A program made the translations under genes and the position numbers. DNA of 64,000 nt from an uncultured Acidimicrobiales bacterium. Lineage in GTDB: Bacteria; Actinomycetota; Acidimicrobiia; Acidimicrobiales; SHLQ01. Positions 19,923-28,412 of the stretch are shown here, one piece after another; the first letter of the stretch is position 1, and each line of letters opens with the position of its first letter. The stretch is from the NCBI GenBank assembly GCA_938002955.1, contig CALLAA010000145.1, positions 713 to 64,712 of the forward strand, read 5' to 3'. The notes under the pieces were generated by a model. The model was not told the origin of the DNA. It worked only from the letters and a program-made list of their open reading frames with translations, and did no database searches.

Positions 19923-22109
19923 CTACTGAACGCGTAGCTCTGGTACGCCAGAGACCAGAGTGCCAATGACCGAACTGGCATGACCGATCGCGATGAGTTC
20001 GGTGACGATGTCATCGGCGCGCTCGGCAGGCACCGCAGCGAGAAAGCCACCCGCAGTCTGTGGATCGAACAACACGGTCGCCCGTGGATCCGCTCCGGTT
20101 TGGGTGAGCGGAATAGCGGCGGCGTTGCTCGCATGGAGATGCGACCGCAGTCCCGACCGTGCGAGGTCGAGCGCGCCGTTGAATAGGGCGATGTTGTCGA
20201 GCTCGAGTTCGGCGGCGAGGCCCGACTCGCGGAGCATGCCGAACAGATGGCCGGCGAGACCGAAGCCGGTCACATCGGTCATGGCGGTAGCACCACCTGT
20301 AGCGAGGACCGCTGCAGCGTCCCCCTGTGGGGTTTCCAAGATGTCGAGTAGTGCGGCGATGTCTTGGCCGCGGGCACGTCGTTGCATTTCGCCGGCGAGC
20401 AATAGGCCTGAGCCGAGTGGACGGGTGAGTACCAGCCGTTGTCCGGCGGTCCCTCCAGCGAGTGTGATCGGTGCGTTCCTCGCGAGGCCCGTGATCGAGT
20501 ACCCGACCGACAGTTCAGCTCCCATCGATGTGTGCCCGCCGACGATTTCGGCGTCGGTCGTCTCGAGGGCCGCGCTCGTGCCAGCCATAATTTCGCCGAG
20601 CCACTCGCCCTGTAGTCCATGACCGAGTTGCGGGAGCGTGACGGTAACGAGAACCGCTTGGGGGTCGGCGCCCATGGCCCAAATATCGCCGAGCGCGTGC
20701 AGCGTTGCGATGCGCGCCATGCGGAAGGGATCTGGCGTGAACGTCCTGAGCTGATCGGTGGTGATGACCTGTCTCGTCTCGCCCATGAGAAGCAGGGCGG
20801 CATCATCGCCCGGCAACCGAACCACGTCGTTTCGCGTCGACGATGGCAATGCTCCGAGTGGCCCCTGCAGTACGTCGACACCGACTTTCGCGCCGCATCC
20901 ACCGCACAGCGGAGGTTCGTCTTCAACGATGTCGCGAAGGCCAGTCGCAGACCTCTTTGGCAGAGGGTCGAGCGTCATTTCCGGAAGCTCGCCGAGCTTT
21001 TCCATGAAGTCGCGATCGATCTTGTCCTTGAGGCGCCACAGCTGTCTGCCCTGGATGAAACGCTTGAACTTGTCAGCGGCCGCCGCTCGCTCGCCGAGCG
21101 AGATCAGCTTGAGGTAGTCCTGTTGTGGGTCGAACGCTTTGAGCTTGCCGCCGGTCAGCGCAGCCTGGATGTTGTGTGTGAGGATCGGCGCCTGGCGAAC
21201 GGCGAATACGCCGGCTTTGGGTCGAGGGGCAAAGCCCATGTGGGCGCAGTCGCCCGTCGCAAAGATCGATGGGTCGTTGGTCGAGCGCAGGGTTGGGTCG
21301 ATCGTAAGGAAGCCTTCGTGGCTGTCGAGGCCAAGTTCACCAAGCCAGTCGTATGGGCGAGCACCAGCAGCGCCCACGACAAGATCGGCGGCTATTAGCC
21401 CGGCGGTTGTCTCCACACCATCGGCGGTCACCGATGTGACCGCGGTGCCCTCGGCGAGGGTGATCCCCATGTTCAGCATGGTGTGGCGGATCTCGGTCCG
21501 AGCACGGTCACCGAGATCGTCAAGCACGGTCGATCGGTCGATCACCGTTACCGATGTTGTCACGCCTCCGGTTTGGAGTCGATGGGTCATCGCCATGGCG
21601 AGCTCGCATCCGCCGACTCCGCCGCCGACAACCGCGATGTTTGCGTCGTTAGCGGCTCCGGCTTGCTTGGCGGTCACATAGCTCGTCCAGCGGTCAGCGA
21701 AGTAGGTGAGCGGCTTTGCAGCGATGGCGTGTTCGGCGAACCCCTCGATGTCGGGCATCGCCGAAGAGATACCGACGTTGATCGAACAGACGTCGTAGGG
21801 AATCGGCGGCCGCCCTGGAATCGTGATGGTCTTGGCGTCGCGGTCGATCGTCTCGACGATCCCGAGTACGAGGCGTGCATCGGCAAACCGTGCGAGCCGG
21901 ACAAGATCGATGTCGAGCTCATCTCGTCCGTAGTGACCGGCGATAAAGCCCGGGAGCATCCCGGTGTAGGGCGCCGACGGGCTCGGGTTGATCACCGTTA
22001 GCCGCGCACCGGCGACCGGCTTCATTGCCCACGCACGAAGGAGCAATGCGTGCGCGTGGCCGCCGCCGACGAGGACGACGTTTTTGATGAGGGGGAGCGG
22101 GAGTTGCAT
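19923..22109 (-). CDS. selD: Fusion protein: N-terminal FAD/NAD(P)-binding pyridine-nucleotide-disulfide oxidoreductase domain + C-terminal selenide, water dikinase (SelD, Cys form)
   Basis: N-terminus VVLVGGGHAHA and VVGGGVGGCE Rossmann motifs (Ndh/SQR-like). The C-terminal half begins PPLCGGCGAKVG (SelD Cys/Lys active-site loop), followed by PurM-like AIR-synthase-related domains. Confidence 0.85.
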   Translation of the reverse strand: MQLPLPLIKNVVLVGGGHAHALLLRAWAMKPVAGARLTVINPSPSAPYTGMLPGFIAGHYGRDELDIDLVRLARFADARLVLGIVETIDRDAKTITIPGRPPIPYDVCSINVGISSAMPDIEGFAEHAIAAKPLTYFADRWTSYVTAKQAGAANDANIAVVGGGVGGCELAMAMTHRLQTGGVTTSVTVIDRSTVLDDLGDRARTEIRHTMLNMGITLAEGTAVTSVTADGVETTAGLIAADLVVGAAGARPYDWLGELGLDSHEGFLTIDPTLRSTNDPSIFATGDCAHMGFAPRPKAGVFAVRQAPILTHNIQAALTGGKLKAFDPQQDYLKLISLGERAAAADKFKRFIQGRQLWRLKDKIDRDFMEKLGELPEMTLDPLPKRSATGLRDIVEDEPPLCGGCGAKVGVDVLQGPLGALPSSTRNDVVRLPGDDAALLLMGETRQVITTDQLRTFTPDPFRMARIATLHALGDIWAMGADPQAVLVTVTLPQLGHGLQGEWLGEIMAGTSAALETTDAEIVGGHTSMGAELSVGYSITGLARNAPITLAGGTAGQRLVLTRPLGSGLLLAGEMQRRARGQDIAALLDILETPQGDAAAVLATGGATAMTDVTGFGLAGHLFGMLRESGLAAELELDNIALFNGALDLARSGLRSHLHASNAAAIPLTQTGADPRATVLFDPQTAGGFLAAVPAERADDIVTELIAIGHASSVIGTLVSGVPELRVQ

Positions 22110-22192
22110 GTGAGCGGCATCTTAGGGATCGCGGCTGATATCTGACACAACCACGCTGGCGCTCGACGTATTCGTTCCCAAAAAGCGTTGAT

Positions 22193-22216
22193 GGCCGGTA
22201 CGCATGCGTACCGGCC
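22193..22216. promoter_or_regulatory. Perfect 24-nt palindrome in the divergent selD / serine-hydrolase intergenic region
   Basis: GGCCGGTACGCATGCGTACCGGCC, 84 nt upstream of the selD start. Confidence 0.5.
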
Positions 22217-22370
22217 ACCAAACAGGCCTGTCCCGCCACAGGCGATCTCGGCCGTTCGGTTCATACGGCCTCGCAAAATGATCATACGAGTATTGCCAGG
22301 GGCGGTCTGACAACTAGTTGGCAAATCGAAGAGTCTCTCCCCGGTGTTCGCTGACGACTACGTTCTCGAT

Positions 22371-23717
22371 ATGCGAGCCAACCGTTGTGTGCGAGCCCTG
22401 TCCGTCCTTCTGAGCGTGGCGATCGTTGCCGCGGCGTGCGGTGGGAGTGCGGGCGAAGCGGAGATCATCGCCGATGCAGAAACGGCAGATCTCATCGCTC
22501 CGAGCACCACGGTCGCTGAAACGGAGGCGGCCGAAACCACCGCGGTCACCGCCGAACAGGACGTCGCTGAAGATATCGAAGACGACCAAGTAGTCGATGC
22601 CGGCGACCAACGTGCAGCGCTCATCGACCAGATCACCGACGTTCTGAGCGACTGGCAGGCCGCTGGAGAGCTGCCTGCGGTCTCGTTGTCGGTCCGGATG
22701 CCTGACGGGGAGCCGATCAACATCGCGTTGGGAGTCCGCGACCTGCAGACCGAGGTTCCGGTGACGACGGAGGACTACTTCCGCATCGGCAGTATCACCA
22801 AACCAATGACCGCAGCCGTTGTTCTGCAACTCGTCGACGAAGGGTTGATCGAGCTCGACGCGGCGGTCGAGAGCTATCTTCCTGGGTGGCTCGAGGGATA
22901 CGAATATGCCGACGAAATTACGATCCGTCAGTTGCTCAACCACACCAACGGCCTCGTTGAATATGCGCTGTCGCCATCGTTCTACGCGCTCGCAGGCCAA
23001 CGCTCCGACGTCGCCATCACACCCGGCGAGATTCGTGAGTGGCTCGCTGCGCAGCAGCCGCTGTTCGCCCCGGGTACCGACTACCAGTACGAGACGGGAG
23101 GCTTCCTCACCCTTGGAGACATCATTGAATCGGTGACGGGCAATAGCGCCGCGGCGGAGATGCGGACAAGAATCTTTGAGCCCGCCGGCGCCGAGAATAT
23201 TTACCTCACGCCAGAGGAGTTCCCGCCGACTTCGGTCGTGAACGGGTATGGCCGAGCACAGATGTATCTCGCCGGCACCGCGTTGATCGGTCGCGAAGAC
23301 ACCGACGCTCTCACGATCCTCGATGAACCGGTCATCGACCTCTTGGGGCAGCCACAGGAAGTGCTGCAGTCTGCTGGTTGGACCGGTGGTGGAAACGAAG
23401 CCCAGCTCGAGTCGGTATCGGCGATCATGCGGGCCATGTTCGACGGAACGATCCTGAGCGACGAGCAGATCGCTGAAATGACCGCGCCAACACTCGACGT
23501 CAACTATGGACTCGGTATCGACAGTTCCGAGATCGACGGCGTCCGCGTGTACTCACACGGTGGCGGTGTGCCCGGATTCCGAAGTCAAGGAAACTACCTT
23601 CCAGACTTCGATATCTCGTGGGCGGTTTCGACGAATCTCATCCCGCTCCCCGAAGGCGCGAGCGTCTCCGACCTTCGAGAGGCCCTCAACCCGGTTCTGG
23701 TAGCCGCGGTCGGCTAG
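22371..23717 (+). CDS. Serine hydrolase, beta-lactamase / D-Ala-D-Ala carboxypeptidase family lipoprotein
   Basis: Lipobox VAAACGG. SxxK motif GSITKPMTA. Track start is GTG 22344; ATG 22371 gives a normal signal peptide. Confidence 0.75.
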   Translation: MRANRCVRALSVLLSVAIVAAACGGSAGEAEIIADAETADLIAPSTTVAETEAAETTAVTAEQDVAEDIEDDQVVDAGDQRAALIDQITDVLSDWQAAGELPAVSLSVRMPDGEPINIALGVRDLQTEVPVTTEDYFRIGSITKPMTAAVVLQLVDEGLIELDAAVESYLPGWLEGYEYADEITIRQLLNHTNGLVEYALSPSFYALAGQRSDVAITPGEIREWLAAQQPLFAPGTDYQYETGGFLTLGDIIESVTGNSAAAEMRTRIFEPAGAENIYLTPEEFPPTSVVNGYGRAQMYLAGTALIGREDTDALTILDEPVIDLLGQPQEVLQSAGWTGGGNEAQLESVSAIMRAMFDGTILSDEQIAEMTAPTLDVNYGLGIDSSEIDGVRVYSHGGGVPGFRSQGNYLPDFDISWAVSTNLIPLPEGASVSDLREALNPVLVAAVG

Positions 23718-25147
23718 CGAATTCCCGGGCCGGAGGTGAACACAAAGCTACGCCCACCGGTTTCGATGGTCATGTCGTGCTGGAGCGCAACGCGCTGACC
23801 CGGACGCAACTTGGTGCGGGTCTGACGCTCGCCGTTGAGCGAGGTGTACGTGCCATTGGCTGACTGCATGTCGACGATCTCAACGGTCCATCCGGACAGG
23901 CGCACCTCGACCTGAACGTCGGATACTCCACCCGCTCCATCGTCGAGTCGAACAATCGTGGCAGGTTCGGTCTCAACGGCATAGCCGGTTGGAACGTTCG
24001 AGCCAATCGCGGCTGGTCGATCGATGTTGAGTACCGCTCCATCATCGAAGGTAAGGACGCCGAGGACGGGGCGGTCACCGCTCACGGTGGCGGCATCAGC
24101 AGCGATGTGTGTATGACAGGCTCGGCACGTGGACTCGTTCGGCGCGGTCAAGTGACCGGCCGGGCAGAGGACGCCGCGGATCTGCGGACGCTCTGGTGCG
24201 AGCGTGGCAGCGTGGCTCGGCTCTGGAGTTGGCGCGGCGGCGGTCGGTGCTGCTGGCACACCGTTTGTCTGGGCGCCGTTCGTGGCTTGAGGAGGCAGCG
24301 GCGCGTCGCCGAACAGGCGAGGCTCGGACGGGGCTGGAGCGTTCGTAGGAGTTGGGACTGCATCTTTGCGACCAAGCTCTTCGATTCGAGCGAACATGCC
24401 ACGGGCAGCCTTCGGCGTCGGCGCGTCCGACATCGAGTCGCTCGACGCTGGATCGGCAGGTGCCTCGCTTGCCGGCGCAGCCTCTGCAACAGGTGTCGCA
24501 GGAGCAGGAGCCGGTTCGGGGGTCTCAGCCTCGGGGGTCTCGGCCTCGGGAGTTGATGCTGGTACTGGTGCGGCATGCTGGGCCACGGGCTCTGGCTCGG
24601 GTGCAGAATCGGCCGTAGCCGCTTCTGCCTCGATCGCCTCGGCGGCAGCTGCGCTCGCCATCTCCGACCAACGTCCCGATGCAGGCATTGGCCCTTCGGT
24701 GTCGAGGAGGAACCCGCCCGCCGGTACAACGCCGTCGCGTAGAACGCCGACGACAGCGGACTCCGACTGGGTGCCGGCATGAATACGGTCGACCGAACCA
24801 CGAAGCGCAACGTCGATCCAGGTGCTTGAGTCTCGGCCGTCGAGCACCGTCTCAGCTCCATCGATCGTGATCGACAGGGACGTGTCGCCAAAGACGAGTG
24901 CGGCGACGCGATCGTGTTCGACCGACACGCACGCGAGGCGAGGGTGCTGGTTGTAGTCAGCCTGGGCAATGTCGGCGGTGAGTGTGCGGACAATCTCCTG
25001 CCATGGCGCGCCAGCGAGAGCGTTGATGCGAACGAGCAATTCGTTTAGGCGGCCTTCGTCGCCGGCGGCGAACGCCGTCAGATTCTCGACGTGGGCAACG
25101 ATGCCATCTCCCGCTGAGACATGCACCCCTCGCGTTTCGTGTTCCAT
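23714..25147 (-). CDS. FHA-domain protein with Pro/Ala-rich linker and CxxH...CxxC zinc-ribbon-like segment
   Basis: ATG at 25147 preceded by AAGGAG; the track ORF is over-extended to 25420. C-terminal FHA (QSANGTYTSLNGE...). CPAGH...CRACH lies before the FHA domain. Confidence 0.75.
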   Translation of the reverse strand: MEHETRGVHVSAGDGIVAHVENLTAFAAGDEGRLNELLVRINALAGAPWQEIVRTLTADIAQADYNQHPRLACVSVEHDRVAALVFGDTSLSITIDGAETVLDGRDSSTWIDVALRGSVDRIHAGTQSESAVVGVLRDGVVPAGGFLLDTEGPMPASGRWSEMASAAAAEAIEAEAATADSAPEPEPVAQHAAPVPASTPEAETPEAETPEPAPAPATPVAEAAPASEAPADPASSDSMSDAPTPKAARGMFARIEELGRKDAVPTPTNAPAPSEPRLFGDAPLPPQATNGAQTNGVPAAPTAAAPTPEPSHAATLAPERPQIRGVLCPAGHLTAPNESTCRACHTHIAADAATVSGDRPVLGVLTFDDGAVLNIDRPAAIGSNVPTGYAVETEPATIVRLDDGAGGVSDVQVEVRLSGWTVEIVDMQSANGTYTSLNGERQTRTKLRPGQRVALQHDMTIETGGRSFVFTSGPGIR

Positions 25148-25250
25148 CAGTGAGTCTCCTTGACTACTACCAGTTCGTAATCGGCTGAAACTGGTGGAAA
25201 CAAAGGACTTTCTGAAAAGGAAATTTCTTTGCTGAACGCGCAGGGTCTCC

Positions 25251-26066
25251 TTACTGAACGCGCAGTGTCGTATCTCCGACTCGGATTTGGTCGCCAAGGC
25301 TGAGCGGCTGAGGTCGATCCGGCGACACCCGAATGGATTCGCCGTTCGACTTAATGACCCAACTGCCGTTGTGAGAACCACTGTCCTTGAGCGCGAGACC
25401 GTCGACGGTCGGCTGAACAATGGCGTGCAGGCGAGATACGGCGGGGTCGCTCAGGATCAGCGGTTCGAGGTCCTGGTCGAAGTCTGGGTGCGAGTATGGC
25501 CAGCGTCCAATGACGAGCCCGTTGCCAACCATGATTGTTTGGCCGTCGAGCTCGAGGTGGAGATCGCTTACCGGCAAGCTGATGTTCGTGTCACGGGCAC
25601 CAGCGGTTCCCCAACCTCTGTGCATGTATACGCGAAGCCCACTGGCCCGGATTACCCCTTCAACGAGCATCCCGGACGCATTTTCATCGTCGTCATGGAC
25701 GACGATGTTCGCGATCATCCCGACGGTGACAATCTCGGTCGTCGTCCCGAGGTCGAGGCGATGTTTCTTCTCTGTATCCGCCTCGGTGACCTCGACGCCT
25801 CCGAGGTCGTAGCTCATCAGGCGAACCGAAGATTCAAGGCTCAAGAGCAACATTGGGGGAAGCGGTCGACCTGAGTGGATCCACTCTCGCATGGTCGTAA
25901 AACTCTCGTTTACGTCGCGCGGAATGAGCAGAGGTTCGATGACATCGTGCGCGATGTCGATCGATTCTGCGTTCGGCAAGAAGACGACGCGGTCGTTCTC
26001 TCTCGCCAGCCAACCAGTTCCAGGGGTCATCTCAACTAAGACATCCATCGCCTCGGAGTATCGCAC
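25251..26066 (-). CDS. FHA-domain protein
   Basis: C-terminal FHA domain (VSRLHAIV..., DSGSHNGSWV, GDQIRVGDTTLRV). The N-terminal domain has a pattern similar to the downstream FHA protein. Confidence 0.75.
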   Translation of the reverse strand: MRYSEAMDVLVEMTPGTGWLARENDRVVFLPNAESIDIAHDVIEPLLIPRDVNESFTTMREWIHSGRPLPPMLLLSLESSVRLMSYDLGGVEVTEADTEKKHRLDLGTTTEIVTVGMIANIVVHDDDENASGMLVEGVIRASGLRVYMHRGWGTAGARDTNISLPVSDLHLELDGQTIMVGNGLVIGRWPYSHPDFDQDLEPLILSDPAVSRLHAIVQPTVDGLALKDSGSHNGSWVIKSNGESIRVSPDRPQPLSLGDQIRVGDTTLRVQ

Positions 26067-26081
26067 AGGCAGACTCTGGAT

Positions 26082-26771
26082 ATGAAGACAATCGGATTGC
26101 TCGGCGGGATGAGCTGGGAATCATCGGTGTTATACGAAGAACTGATCAACACGGAGGTGCGGTCCCGTCTGGGCGGCACCCACTCTGCTGATCTGCTCGT
26201 GAAGAGCTATGACTTCGCCGCGATCGAAGCGTTACAGGAGGCCGGCGACTGGGATGGAGCAGGGGCGTTGCTGTCGGCCGATGCCGTGCGCCTCGTGACC
26301 GCCGGGGCCGAGCTCATCGTCTTGTGTACCAACACGATGCATCGCGTCGCGCCAGCCATCGAGGAGGCCATCGACGTTCCCTTCGTGCACTTGGGCGATG
26401 CGACGGCACGTGCGGTAGTCGCACAGGGGCTCACCACTGTTGGCTTGCTCGGCACTCGCTTCACGATGGAGGCAGCGTTCTATCGTGAGCGGCTCGAATC
26501 TCACGGCCTGACAGTTTTGACACCGAGCGCCGAAGAGCAAACGGTCGTCCACGACATCATCTATAACGAGTTGGTCCGCGGTGAGCTGAACCGGTCGTCA
26601 CGCGAGGAATATCTCGACATTATCGACCGACTTTCTGCTGCTGGAGCCGAAGGTGTGATTGCTGGATGCACCGAAATTGAACTTCTCGTGACCGAGGACG
26701 ACGTGTTCGTGCCCTATTTTCCGACCACCGAAATTCATGCGCAGGCCGCCGTTGACGCTGCGCTCGCATAA
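26082..26771 (+). CDS. Aspartate/glutamate racemase family protein
   Basis: MKTIGLLGGMSWES..., LVLCTNTMH, IAGCTEI motifs. Confidence 0.85.
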   Translation: MKTIGLLGGMSWESSVLYEELINTEVRSRLGGTHSADLLVKSYDFAAIEALQEAGDWDGAGALLSADAVRLVTAGAELIVLCTNTMHRVAPAIEEAIDVPFVHLGDATARAVVAQGLTTVGLLGTRFTMEAAFYRERLESHGLTVLTPSAEEQTVVHDIIYNELVRGELNRSSREEYLDIIDRLSAAGAEGVIAGCTEIELLVTEDDVFVPYFPTTEIHAQAAVDAALA

Positions 26772-26818
26772 ACCATCGAAGCCCTAATTTTGCTAGAGGA
26801 TTCGCCGATTACGACAAG

Positions 26819-28402
26819 GTGACGGCAACCACGATTGCGAGCGCGAACGCAGAATCGAGATGGCGTCGCGCCCGACTTCCTCTGACGATCATGGTTATCG
26901 GAGTTGCGTTGACGGCGATCATGGCGTCGTTTCAACAAGACTCCGCTCGGCGCGAACAAGAGCTGTTGTTCGAACGCCAAGCCACTCGCGAACAGCAGAA
27001 CTTCGAGGATCACATCGACGATCACATCGATGCGTTCGAAGATGCCGTTGCCTTTGTCGGAGCGACCTTTCCCGGCACCGAGCAGCAATATCGACGGTTC
27101 TTTGAGGGCTCGCCGCTCACCGGTGGGAATAGCGCCCTCGATCCCGGGATCACGTTGATCGAACCCGTTGCCCCAGGCGACGTTCAGACCCTCGAGGAGC
27201 GAGAACACTCCCTCGGCAACACCGACTTCTCCGTACTGTCCTTCGGTACTCCACTCGGCGGAACGCACTACGTCATCACCCGCACCGCCGAACCGGTCAA
27301 CATCTCGGGATTCCCGCTCGTCGGGCTCGATGTCGGCAGTGTGGCCGCAGACTCGCTCCTCTCGGACCTGCCCCAAAACGGTCGCACCGTCTACACCCTC
27401 GAGGATGAAACGGTGCTCCGGTCGATGTTCTCGGGCGGAGACCCCGGTGCTTCGGAGCTCCAGCTGGTCGTCATGCTCCAGAGCGTGAACGACCCGATCA
27501 CCGCGGAGGTGCGCGGCTGGGCGGCACGCTTCTTCGACCCGGTGATGTTCGTCGATGAGATGTCGACAAGCGCGGCGACGATCAATCTCGACATCGAGAT
27601 TCTTGGTGTTACCGAGCGCGTGCTCGACGCAGACCCGGGAACGGATTCGTCGATCGACGATGCTCCGCTAGCACGACGGGTGAGCCACGAGACGCACGGG
27701 TTGCCCTGGACGATGTCGATGTGGGCCGACGACGACTTCGGTGTGAAGACGGGCTTGTTCGAGCAGACCGCTGTCTGGATCTTTGGGCTCCTCGCAACCC
27801 TGGTTTTTATGATTATCTCGGTCTGGCGCTCGTTGCAGGAACATCGCCTAAGCGAGGCCAACTTCGAACTTGAACACGCACGGACACTCGCGAACACCGA
27901 CCCGCTCACCGGCCTTTTGAACCGCACGGGCTTCCTCCAACAGTCGACGAAGCTGAACTCCACCGAGGGCGGCACGCTCTTTTTCATCGACCTCGATGGC
28001 TTTAAGGTCGTCAACGACAGCCAAGGTCACGTCGCTGGTGATCAGGTACTTCGAGATGTCGCACGGCGCCTACGCGAACAGTTCCGCAATGTCGACCTCG
28101 TTTGTCGATATGGCGGCGACGAGTTCGTGGTCTTTACCCCCGGTCTTGCTGGTCGGGGAATCGAGCGGGGGATCTCGCGACGCGTTATCGACGCCGTCAG
28201 TCGATGCAACGGGTCGATCTCATGCAGCCTCGGTACGGCGGTGCAAATGCCACAGACCGACCTCGAGATCGAGACGCTTATCCGTGAGGCCGACCAGGCG
28301 ATGTATCGTGCGAAACAAGCTGGCGGTGGGCGCCACGAGGCGGCACCACCAGTGGTGCCGCTACCGGTGCATTCAACGATCGACCTCGGAGACTCGGACT
28401 AG
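26819..28402 (+). CDS. Membrane sensor diguanylate cyclase (periplasmic sensor domain + GGDEF)
   Basis: Two TM segments bracket an extracytoplasmic domain of about 270 aa. Intact RYGGDEFVV motif with upstream DPLTGLLNR. Confidence 0.8.
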   Translation: MTATTIASANAESRWRRARLPLTIMVIGVALTAIMASFQQDSARREQELLFERQATREQQNFEDHIDDHIDAFEDAVAFVGATFPGTEQQYRRFFEGSPLTGGNSALDPGITLIEPVAPGDVQTLEEREHSLGNTDFSVLSFGTPLGGTHYVITRTAEPVNISGFPLVGLDVGSVAADSLLSDLPQNGRTVYTLEDETVLRSMFSGGDPGASELQLVVMLQSVNDPITAEVRGWAARFFDPVMFVDEMSTSAATINLDIEILGVTERVLDADPGTDSSIDDAPLARRVSHETHGLPWTMSMWADDDFGVKTGLFEQTAVWIFGLLATLVFMIISVWRSLQEHRLSEANFELEHARTLANTDPLTGLLNRTGFLQQSTKLNSTEGGTLFFIDLDGFKVVNDSQGHVAGDQVLRDVARRLREQFRNVDLVCRYGGDEFVVFTPGLAGRGIERGISRRVIDAVSRCNGSISCSLGTAVQMPQTDLEIETLIREADQAMYRAKQAGGGRHEAAPPVVPLPVHSTIDLGDSD

Positions 28403-28412
28403 CCGAGACCAC

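Noticed and set aside
19923-19940. Third occurrence of the CTGAACGCG[C/T]AG motif, at the selD stop (C-terminus ELRVQ), resembling the FHA gene terminus TLRVQ and its duplicate.
   Set aside because: It is an 11/12 match of a short GC-rich string encoding a common peptide ending, with no extended similarity on either side. It is probably coincidence.
20800-20900. Possibility that SelD itself is a selenoprotein (UGA in the N-terminal active-site loop of the SelD half).
   Set aside because: The loop reads LCGGCGAK with an ordinary Cys codon, and the ORF is continuous.
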